Positions 57,104 through 64,000 of a DNA stretch of 64,000 nucleotides are shown one piece after another. This stretch comes from an uncultured Spirochaetota bacterium. GTDB lineage: Bacteria > Spirochaetota > Brevinematia > Brevinematales > JAOACQ01. The notes beneath the pieces were generated by a model that was given only the letters and a program-made list of their open reading frames with translations, had not been told where the DNA came from and did not search any database. The translations under genes were made by a program, and so were the position numbers. The stretch covers positions 198,141 to 262,140 of the forward strand of contig CAWIGG010000002.1 in assembly GCA_963835575.1 (NCBI GenBank), read 5' to 3'. The number at the start of each line of letters is the position of its first letter. Position 1 is the stretch's first letter.

Positions 57104-57171
57104 AGCATTAAAAATAATGAATAACTCCAAAATTTAATAAAAAAGAATTATTAATAAGTGAGGATATAAAA

Positions 57172-57708
57172 ATGTTAAGATGGATATTCTTTTTGTTAAG
57201 TTTAATAGCATTCTGTATTCTAGCTTTTGTTCTATGTCCTGGAAAAGGATTTGCAATATCAGGTTTATTAATTGGAATTTACGGTTTTGGCGCAACAATT
57301 TATACTCTTCAAAAAGGAAACATTATTCGGGAAGCTGAATTTATTGAAAGACTATGTGGCGTTTTTGAAAGGCCAAATATCAGCAAACTTTATTATAAAA
57401 TTGAATATAATCATTTGTCCTCTATTTTAGATGAATCAGAAGATGAGAAAGATTTAGATGAATTGATTAGTTTTTTTGATAGTATGGAGTATTATCATAA
57501 GAAAAAAATAATCTCCGATGATGAAGTGGAATTTGTTGCTGTTGAATTGTTGACAGTTTATGAGAATGAAGTTGTCCGCCAATACATTAAGAAAGTTCAA
57601 AAATATTTCAATAAATATCAGCATGATATTATTCCATCAACTGGTTTTCAAGATTTAGCTGAGAAATTAATAAAAGAACCGAAATACAGTATTTATAAAA
57701 AGAAATGA
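57172..57708 (+). CDS. Small membrane protein (two N-terminal TM helices + acidic/helical cytoplasmic domain), unknown function
   Basis: GAGGA RBS. MLRWIFFLLSLIAFCILAFVL / ISGLLIGIYGFGATIYTL. AT-rich like the upstream ATPase gene. No family recognised. Confidence 0.55.
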   Translation: MLRWIFFLLSLIAFCILAFVLCPGKGFAISGLLIGIYGFGATIYTLQKGNIIREAEFIERLCGVFERPNISKLYYKIEYNHLSSILDESEDEKDLDELISFFDSMEYYHKKKIISDDEVEFVAVELLTVYENEVVRQYIKKVQKYFNKYQHDIIPSTGFQDLAEKLIKEPKYSIYKKK

Positions 57709-57733
57709 TCAGCGAAACTATGTTCATCTGTGG

Positions 57734-57744
57734 TTAATTAACCC
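57734..57744 (+). repeat. Direct repeat TTAATTAACCC (right copy)
   Basis: Identical to 54447-54457. Both copies lie just after a stop codon. Confidence 0.6.
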
Positions 57745-57825
57745 TTAAGGCAGTATTTAATATGGAAAGAACAATTGGGGTTGAATAAAAAAGCAAAATG
57801 TTAACAAATATTTTAGGGGGTATAT

Positions 57826-58713
57826 ATGAAGAAAATTTTCCTTACTCTATTATTCTTGGTTCCGGGTTCTTTCCTGTTTCCCTGGACAGACGGCGGTCAT
57901 AAACTCGTCGGCTATATCGCCGGGGAGTATTTGAGTGCTGCCGCGTGCAGCAATATCTACAAATTTATCAAGAACGATCTTACCGCTGGTTCCAATTCAC
58001 TGGAACAGCAGGTCAAGGCATGGATCATTCAGATAGCCCCGGATGCCGATTATATTTCAAATAAGGTGGGCGCCTGGCACTATATTGATTTACCGGAAGC
58101 CTCGAATTGGACGAGAAATGATATCTCAGCCTATATAGCTGCCAATACCGATAATGTCGTTTCTCAATTATCAAACGAAACGGCTTTCTTTGCAAAAGGT
58201 AAAAATAAGCCCGATTCCAAGGCTTACACCAATTTAATGCTTTTGATCCATTTTGCAGGCGATATCGCTCAGCCGATGCATAATATCGACTTTAACGGCG
58301 ACAGCGGCGGTAATGACCGGGTATTCACCAATCTGTACGAATTTTATCAAGGGCACAACAAAAGAGTCAGTCTGCATCTTCTGTGGGATTTGGAGGCAAA
58401 TACCAATGATGTAACGGATATTGACGGAAAAGGGAAAGAATTGGCGTCGGATATTTCAAACATGATATTGACTAACGCCGGTTTGATAGCCAATTGGACG
58501 AACGGCTCGTTAATCGACTGGTCTTATGAGAGTTATTTGATCGGGAGAAATATTTATTCCAATCTTTCGATAACCAATGGGACTAAATCAATGTTGGCAA
58601 TGACTAATTTCTCTGAATACAGGTCAAATAATCAAGAGACAGCGTTTATGCAGATTAAAAAAGGCGGATTCAGATTAGCCTATTTGCTGAATACCCTATT
58701 CGGGAAAAAGTGA
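57826..58713 (+). CDS. Secreted S1/P1-family zinc nuclease
   Basis: Signal peptide ending FLFP|W, giving mature N-terminal Trp (WTDGGHKLVGYIA, compare WGxxGH). LLIHFAGDIAQPMH. SLHLLWD. Confidence 0.8.
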   Translation: MKKIFLTLLFLVPGSFLFPWTDGGHKLVGYIAGEYLSAAACSNIYKFIKNDLTAGSNSLEQQVKAWIIQIAPDADYISNKVGAWHYIDLPEASNWTRNDISAYIAANTDNVVSQLSNETAFFAKGKNKPDSKAYTNLMLLIHFAGDIAQPMHNIDFNGDSGGNDRVFTNLYEFYQGHNKRVSLHLLWDLEANTNDVTDIDGKGKELASDISNMILTNAGLIANWTNGSLIDWSYESYLIGRNIYSNLSITNGTKSMLAMTNFSEYRSNNQETAFMQIKKGGFRLAYLLNTLFGKK

Positions 58714-58802
58714 CCCGGATGACACGGATGGGAACTGCTTAAAGTTAAATTAAAAATTGGGGGATAAAAAATTTCCCCAAAATTTATCGTAAGGATGGCA
58801 AA

Positions 58803-58856
58803 ATGGCCCGGAAGAAGACGGAGGAGGAGATTAAGGTGGTGGAGGGGAACGGTTAA
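58803..58856 (+). pseudogene. Orphan 3' tail of a second R-M/methyltransferase gene
   Basis: Encodes ...KKTEEEIKVVEGNG*. The DNA gacggaggaggagattaaggtggtggaggggaacggttaa parallels the 51292 gene tail gacggacgaggagataaaagtggtggaggggaaggaatga (54346-54384). Confidence 0.5.
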
Positions 58857-59579
58857 ATGATAGAAAGCCGGGAAAATATTTTATTCCGCGGGAAATACCG
58901 CGCAAAAACCACACGGCTGCCGAATTGGGATTACGGTGCGAACGGTTTTTATTTCGTAACCATCTGTCTTAAAAACCGGGAATGTGTTTTCGGCAATGTG
59001 ATTGACGGCAAAATGGTCCTGTCCGAAACCGGAAAAATTGCCGGTCAATTTTGGAAGGCCATACCGGAACATTTTCCGTTTGTAATCCCGGATGAATATA
59101 TTATCATGCCGGACCATATCCATGGGATAATTGTAATTAATAAAAATGATGACAATGATAATGCCGTAATACCTGCACCCGTAACCGTAACCGAATCCGA
59201 AACCGCGGTAGTAGAGACAAGGCAATGCCTTGTCTCTACGAATACGAATACGACGAATACGAAAATGAATACGAATACCGGTAATATGGGTATTACGAAT
59301 ACGGGTATTATGGATAATACAATATCGGAAACAACGGATTCGGGAACGAATAATATTAAATCCCGGTTTCAGGACCAGGGTTCGAGAACATTATCATCAA
59401 TCATCGGTTCGTATAAATCGGTATGTAAAAAAACAATCAATAGAATACAAAACGCCATTGATTTTCAATGGCAATCCCGTTTCCATGACCATATCATCAG
59501 GGATGAACGGGCATTGATAAATATCAGGAATTATATTATCAATAATCCCGCAAATTGGGAAACGGATGAGGAACGATAA
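58857..59579 (+). CDS. IS200/IS605-type Y1 (HUH) transposase-like protein, REP-associated (RAYT)-like, with low-complexity insertion
   Basis: FYFVTICLKNRECVFG. HUH motif MPDHIHGIIV. SIIGSYKS. WQSRFHDHIIRDERALINIRNYIINNPANW. ~55-aa insert rich in T/N. Confidence 0.75.
   Translation: MIESRENILFRGKYRAKTTRLPNWDYGANGFYFVTICLKNRECVFGNVIDGKMVLSETGKIAGQFWKAIPEHFPFVIPDEYIIMPDHIHGIIVINKNDDNDNAVIPAPVTVTESETAVVETRQCLVSTNTNTTNTKMNTNTGNMGITNTGIMDNTISETTDSGTNNIKSRFQDQGSRTLSSIIGSYKSVCKKTINRIQNAIDFQWQSRFHDHIIRDERALINIRNYIINNPANWETDEER
59238..59318 (+). repeat. Degenerate hexanucleotide (ACGAAT)n microsatellite inside the RAYT-like CDS
   Basis: acgaat acgaat acg acgaat acgaaa atgaat acgaat ... encodes TNTNTTNTKMNTNTGNMGITNTG. 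Preceded by the 14-bp-arm palindrome GTAGAGACAAGGCA a TGCCTTGTCTCTAC (59211-59239). Confidence 0.75.
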
Positions 59580-59597
59580 ATATCTAGGGAGAAACTC

Positions 59598-60635
59598 ATG
59601 AGAAAAAAGAAGAATCAAATGGTACCCGACAATACCTATACCGAGTTTTTGCTTTATACCACGCCGAACGGCAAGGTAAAAGTAGAGATATTTCTGCATG
59701 ATGAAAACATCTGGCTTACACAGGATAAAATCGCGCTTTTATTCGGGGTGCAAAGGCCTGCAATTACTAAGCATTTAAAAAATATTTTCGAAAGCAAAGA
59801 ACTTATTGAAAAATCAGTTAGTTCCATTTTGGAACATACTGCCGGAGACGGCAAAACTTATAAAACAAAATTTTACAATCTCGACGCCATTATTTCCGTG
59901 GGCTATCGTGTTAATTCCGCGCAGGCGACTCATTTTCGTATCTGGGCGACCGAACGGCTGAAAGAGTATATCATCAAAGGTTTTACCATGGATGACGAGC
60001 GGCTTAAAAATCCGCAAAATATCTTCGGGCAGGATTATTTTGAGGAACAATTAGCCCGCATTCGGGATATTCGATCGAGCGAACGCCGTTTTTATCAAAA
60101 AATTACCGATATCTATGCAGAGTGTAGCGCCGATTATGACAGTGAGAGCGAAGAAACCAAAGTCTTTTTCGCGACCGTGCAGAATAAATTACATTGGGCT
60201 ATCAGCAGGCAGACTGCCGCCGAAATAATTTATTCCCGTGCCGATAGTCAAAGACAGAATATGGGGCTGACCAACTGGAAAAACGCTCCCGATGGACAAA
60301 TACGAAAAACAGATGCGGGTATTGCTAAAAATTATTTAAATGAAAAAGAGCTGGACCGGCTTAATCGCGTTGTTTCGATGTATCTGGATTATGCCGAATT
60401 GCAGGCAAATAATCGTAAAATAATGAACATGAAAGATTGGATCGCTAAATTAGACGCTTTCTTACAATTCAATGAAAAAGAGATTTTAACCAATCCCGGG
60501 AAAGTAACCGCTGAAATTGCCAAAGTTTTCGCCGAAAATGAACATGAAAAGTATCGTGTCATTCAAGACAAATTGCTGGAGTCTGATTTTGATAAAGCAA
60601 TAAAGCGGCTTGAGGGTAGGAATAAATCTCATTAG
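59598..60635 (+). CDS. RhuM-family protein (virulence/defence-island associated)
   Basis: FLLYTTPNGKVKVEIFLHDENIWLTQDKIALLFGVQRPAITKHLKNIFESKEL...VGYRVNSAQATHFRIWATERLKEYIIKGF. Confidence 0.75.
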   Translation: MRKKKNQMVPDNTYTEFLLYTTPNGKVKVEIFLHDENIWLTQDKIALLFGVQRPAITKHLKNIFESKELIEKSVSSILEHTAGDGKTYKTKFYNLDAIISVGYRVNSAQATHFRIWATERLKEYIIKGFTMDDERLKNPQNIFGQDYFEEQLARIRDIRSSERRFYQKITDIYAECSADYDSESEETKVFFATVQNKLHWAISRQTAAEIIYSRADSQRQNMGLTNWKNAPDGQIRKTDAGIAKNYLNEKELDRLNRVVSMYLDYAELQANNRKIMNMKDWIAKLDAFLQFNEKEILTNPGKVTAEIAKVFAENEHEKYRVIQDKLLESDFDKAIKRLEGRNKSH

Positions 60636-60912
60636 TCCCAAAAACATCCGCGTGGGACTTGTGGTGAGCTTGCCGAATCCATTGGGGTTCAATAATCATT
60701 TTCAATAAAATAAAAAAGGTTCTGAAACAAAATCCTTTTATCTGCCGGGCGTAGCCCACCCCAAAAATCCCCCATCGTCCTATGTTATGGTATGCATCGA
60801 GAAAAGCATCCAGGCGGCTTTAATAAAACTAAATCCTATTAATCCGCATTAATCCGTGCAAATCTGTGTGAGAAATCGGATATTATAAAAAAGAATCTCT
60901 GCAAATCCCCGC

Positions 60913-62361
60913 TTAAATCAGTGTCAACGCCGTAATAACGCCAAAGATCAAAAACAAAAAGACAAACGCCAGTTTTATTGCCGGAACATTCCCGGCAAGC
61001 GCTTCCCCGATCTTTTTGCTGGAAACGCCGAAATAGACCAGGATGAAGATCAATACCAGCGGGATGATAAACGCGATGTTGTAGATCAAAAGATAGATCA
61101 GGCCGGGAAACCGCTCGTCCGAATTCTGGACCATATAGCCGATCACCGGCAGGTAAACCTGCCCGGTGCAGACTAGTGTGAATAGTGAAACAATGAATCC
61201 CAGTAAGAGCGAGCTGAGAAAAATACTGTAGTCTTTCATCTGCATGCGGATGTTATGCCGGACGGCTTTCTGAAAGAAGTCGGGCAGTTTGAGGATCATC
61301 TCGTTATTTTTCCCCTGCCGGGCTTTGATGAAATCGAAAAAGCTCAGCACGGCCAGGACCGCGAGAACGGCGATCAAAATGTATTTAATGGTTATCGAGA
61401 CGGCAGGGTAGAACGAAATGGTTTTGACGAATTGGAACAGCCCCAGCCCGATGAGGAAGTACGTCAGGAAGACGGAGAAGATGTAAATGATCCCCGAAAG
61501 GAGAATGCTCCTGGCCGATTTCAACTGGAGCGTCAGGTAGGAGATCAGCAGGATGATCACGGTAAAGGCGCAGGGATTAATGCCGTCCAGAAGGCCGGCG
61601 GAAAAAACGGCGATAACGCTGATTCCCTTATTGAGGTTATTCATGCCGGAACCGGAATCATTTCCCTCGGTCAATTTTATGATCGCGTCCTTTCCGAAAT
61701 AGTTTTTCCCCTTGTAAACCAGGATCGGCAAGTCGGGATAGAACCCCATCTTTTTAACGAATTTATCCGCGCTCTCTTTGTTTTCATTTATTTCCAGATT
61801 ATAGTAATTGATGATGATGCCGCTGTCCCGGCCTATTATCCATCCGAGCAGTTTATTAATGACCGGAATACAGCTCTCGCAGTGTATGTTGTTCATGATC
61901 GTCGCAATATTATTGGATTCAAGAGTGCTCATATCAAGGTTTGTCAGGTAGTTGATTCTTCTGTCGTAATCCTTGTGCGGGCCGGCCGCGGGATTATTGA
62001 TGATCCCGATGACGGTTAGAATAATATCCGGGGTGTCTTTATCGTTTGATTTAACGGCGATATGCCTGGAAAGGACTCCGTCAAAACTCTTTTCTATTTT
62101 GACTGTAAAGCCGATGACAACCGACCTGTTTTTTTCGAGGGAATACGCTTTATCATTGGTCAGGACTAATCCTTCATCGGGAGTTATGGATAGATTTAAA
62201 ACAGTATTCCCGGCGTTCGAAACGGTAAAGCCGCCCTCGATGCTCCGGCCGCTCTCAATGAAGCCGAAATTATATTCGGAAGGCTCTATGCTTAATTTCG
62301 GACTTGCGAATAGATATGCCGAATAAAAAATAAAGGTCATGATAATAAAAATTCTTAACAT
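60913..62361 (-). CDS. Membrane thiol-disulfide oxidoreductase: DUF1573/ASH-like beta-sandwich + CxxC thioredoxin-like region + CcdA/DsbD-type TM domain
   Basis: Signal. PKLSIEPSEYNFGFIESGRSIEGGFTVSNAGNTVLNLS. CESC. TM core LLDGINPCAFTVIILL and LVCTGQVYLP. Confidence 0.7.
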   Translation of the reverse strand: MLRIFIIMTFIFYSAYLFASPKLSIEPSEYNFGFIESGRSIEGGFTVSNAGNTVLNLSITPDEGLVLTNDKAYSLEKNRSVVIGFTVKIEKSFDGVLSRHIAVKSNDKDTPDIILTVIGIINNPAAGPHKDYDRRINYLTNLDMSTLESNNIATIMNNIHCESCIPVINKLLGWIIGRDSGIIINYYNLEINENKESADKFVKKMGFYPDLPILVYKGKNYFGKDAIIKLTEGNDSGSGMNNLNKGISVIAVFSAGLLDGINPCAFTVIILLISYLTLQLKSARSILLSGIIYIFSVFLTYFLIGLGLFQFVKTISFYPAVSITIKYILIAVLAVLAVLSFFDFIKARQGKNNEMILKLPDFFQKAVRHNIRMQMKDYSIFLSSLLLGFIVSLFTLVCTGQVYLPVIGYMVQNSDERFPGLIYLLIYNIAFIIPLVLIFILVYFGVSSKKIGEALAGNVPAIKLAFVFLFLIFGVITALTLI

Positions 62362-62539
62362 TTTTCACGTCCTTATGATGCATTGAAGCATGTTTACCCT
62401 TTGTTTTACAGGCTTCAAGGCCCGTTTTGTTGACTGTTATTATAACTCTTTTTATACTTAATGTACATGAAAAAGGCTGGTTTTTCAAAGAGGCTTTAAT
62501 TCATAAACCCGATATTCATTATGCTGGAGGAATAGCGTT

Positions 62540-63865
62540 ATGAAAAGAAAAAATATTTTGATAAATTTTCCGGCGGTCATTTTGATTCTCTCCGTCCTGG
62601 CTTTAGCAGGATGCGCCGTTAAGAAGAAACCTCTCGGCTTTCATGCCCTGAAGATAAACGGGCAGTTCGTGGATGCCGTAATTTTTCAGGAAGAATATAA
62701 CAAGTATTTTGAAAATTTCAGCAAAAATTCCAGGATAATGAGGATGACTGATGATGAACGAGAGGCAGAGGTTCTCCAGAAAGTTATAGATAGGGAGATT
62801 ACTGAAAATTACATCACAAACCGCAAGGATATCGTTGTCACGGATCAGGAAGCGGCTGATTTTTTGAACCATTATATCAAGCCGGGCATGTATATGGATA
62901 TTGATGAGGATGAGCCGGTTCCCCTGAGCTACAGGGATGTCGTTGTCAGCCAGGCAATTTTTTACTCCGTCAAACCCTATCTGATGAGGATGAAGATCAT
63001 CCCTGAACTGGCCGGAAAGTATCATATTACCGTCAGTCAGAAAGAGATAAAGGATGAATACAATCGGCAGCTTAAAAATAATTATCTTGTCATCGGGAGG
63101 CATATAGTTTTGCCGAATGGGCAGATGGAGCTCGCCAATGAACTCGCGGAAAAAATGAAAAAAGAGTCCGATGTCGCCGATCTGGTCCAGAAATATTCCA
63201 TAGACGCCGACGCGAAGGATAAAGGCGGGGTGATGGGGAATATCGCCAATGCCCCGATTACGCCCGATTTTCCAAAAAAAATGCTGAATGTCAGGCCAAG
63301 GGAAATCATCAAGCCTATCCAGCTTAAATACGGGATCGAGATCATCAGGATAGATGATGTCCTCCAGTTTAATCATACAGAGGATGAGATCGGGAAAAGC
63401 ATCCTGATGAATAAATTCTATACTTCACCGGCCTATCATGACTGGGTGGAAACTCTGAAATCCGGCAATAATATAGAAGTTGTCGATCCGGTATTCAAGG
63501 CATACGATCTTTATAAAACCGGCAAATACGCGGAAGCCGCGCCTCTCTTCATAAAATTATACCAGACCGGGAAAGCTCGTGATAAACTGGACATGGCAGT
63601 GGACAGTTTTAAAAAATCGGGTGATGGAATTGATGTTGTCCATTGGAGTGAGGAAGGCGTAAAAGCTTTTCCCGCTTTCAGGTGGAATTATTATCTGTCC
63701 CAGGCCGTTGGGTTCATGATGCAGCAGAAAACAAATGACTGTCTCCTGGCCATGAAGAACGCTGAAAAAGCGGCCGGCGATGAAATCTTAAAAGAAATAA
63801 CCGATCAGTATTTTGCATTGGGTTTGACCAACGAGGGCAGCAGATATAGCAGCGGCGGAAAATAA
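62540..63865 (+). CDS. Parvulin-type peptidyl-prolyl isomerase lipoprotein (SurA/PrsA/PpiD-like)
   Basis: GGAGG RBS. Lipobox LALAGC|A. GRHIVLPN...DKGGVMGNIA...PIQLKYGIEIIRID. Confidence 0.65.
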   Translation: MKRKNILINFPAVILILSVLALAGCAVKKKPLGFHALKINGQFVDAVIFQEEYNKYFENFSKNSRIMRMTDDEREAEVLQKVIDREITENYITNRKDIVVTDQEAADFLNHYIKPGMYMDIDEDEPVPLSYRDVVVSQAIFYSVKPYLMRMKIIPELAGKYHITVSQKEIKDEYNRQLKNNYLVIGRHIVLPNGQMELANELAEKMKKESDVADLVQKYSIDADAKDKGGVMGNIANAPITPDFPKKMLNVRPREIIKPIQLKYGIEIIRIDDVLQFNHTEDEIGKSILMNKFYTSPAYHDWVETLKSGNNIEVVDPVFKAYDLYKTGKYAEAAPLFIKLYQTGKARDKLDMAVDSFKKSGDGIDVVHWSEEGVKAFPAFRWNYYLSQAVGFMMQQKTNDCLLAMKNAEKAAGDEILKEITDQYFALGLTNEGSRYSSGGK

Positions 63866-64000
63866 CCGGATTCCATTAATTCCTTCATTAAATCATACCT
63901 GATAATTCTTAAACAATTCAACAGACATATTCATGTCGCTTATCACAATAAAGTTTAATCATACTTATAGTCGGACAAAAACAGTACTTTTCGTACGGAC

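Noticed and set aside
61255-62019. A 254-aa plus-strand ORF opposite the CcdA/DsbD-like gene, and a 257-aa minus-strand ORF (62603-63376) opposite the PPIase gene.
   Set aside because: The partner-strand ORFs are longer and have RBS, signal/lipobox and family motifs (NPCA/CTGQ TM core; parvulin fold). The antisense ORFs are highly charged, low-information sequences without start context.

Overview
All family calls here come from reading motifs by eye. No database or HMM search was run.

**Hydrolase array (nt 1-45211).** The window is dominated by a plus-strand array of 18 genes for secreted glycoside hydrolases. 17 are complete and one is cut by the window edge.
- Each complete protein starts with a signal peptide ending in a lipobox-like Cys.
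- Each carries one catalytic module: GH9 x4, GH5 cellulase-type x3, GH5 mannanase-type x3, one further GH5-like enzyme, GH10 x2, GH12, GH8, GH116, and one clan GH-A enzyme.
- Some carry an extra CBM3c, CBM3, CBM6 or an unassigned ~80-aa module.
- Every one ends in the same cassette: a Ser/Ala/Val-rich linker encoded by degenerate 39-nt repeats, then a ~105-aa CBM2-like module.

**Interruptions within the array.**
- A 7TMR-type sensor histidine kinase-REC-GGDEF gene, split by a 1-nt frameshift.
- A class C group II intron with an internally deleted reverse-transcriptase ORF, inserted just after an intrinsic terminator.
- A 163-bp MITE-like element for which an empty paralogous site also lies in the window.

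**Other signals within the array.**
- Five genes share a twin direct-repeat promoter motif.
- Two GH5 paralogues have Lys in place of the catalytic acid/base Glu.
- Several 3' cassettes are near-identical between unrelated enzymes.

**Downstream (45.9-49.3 kb, minus strand).** An operon encodes two GT-C membrane glycosyltransferases, one GT39/PMT-like and one DUF2029/Gpi18-like. My leading hypothesis is that they O-glycosylate the Ser linkers.

**Last 13 kb.** This is a compositionally mosaic defence/mobile island. In order it holds:
- a type IIG restriction-modification enzyme;
- an AT-rich module (RloC-like zinc-hook ABC ATPase/anticodon nuclease plus a small membrane protein) flanked by 11-bp direct repeats;
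- a secreted S1/P1 nuclease;
- a remnant of a second R-M gene tail;
- an IS200/RAYT-like gene;
- a RhuM-family gene.

Housekeeping genes follow: a CcdA/DsbD-like oxidoreductase and a parvulin PPIase lipoprotein.
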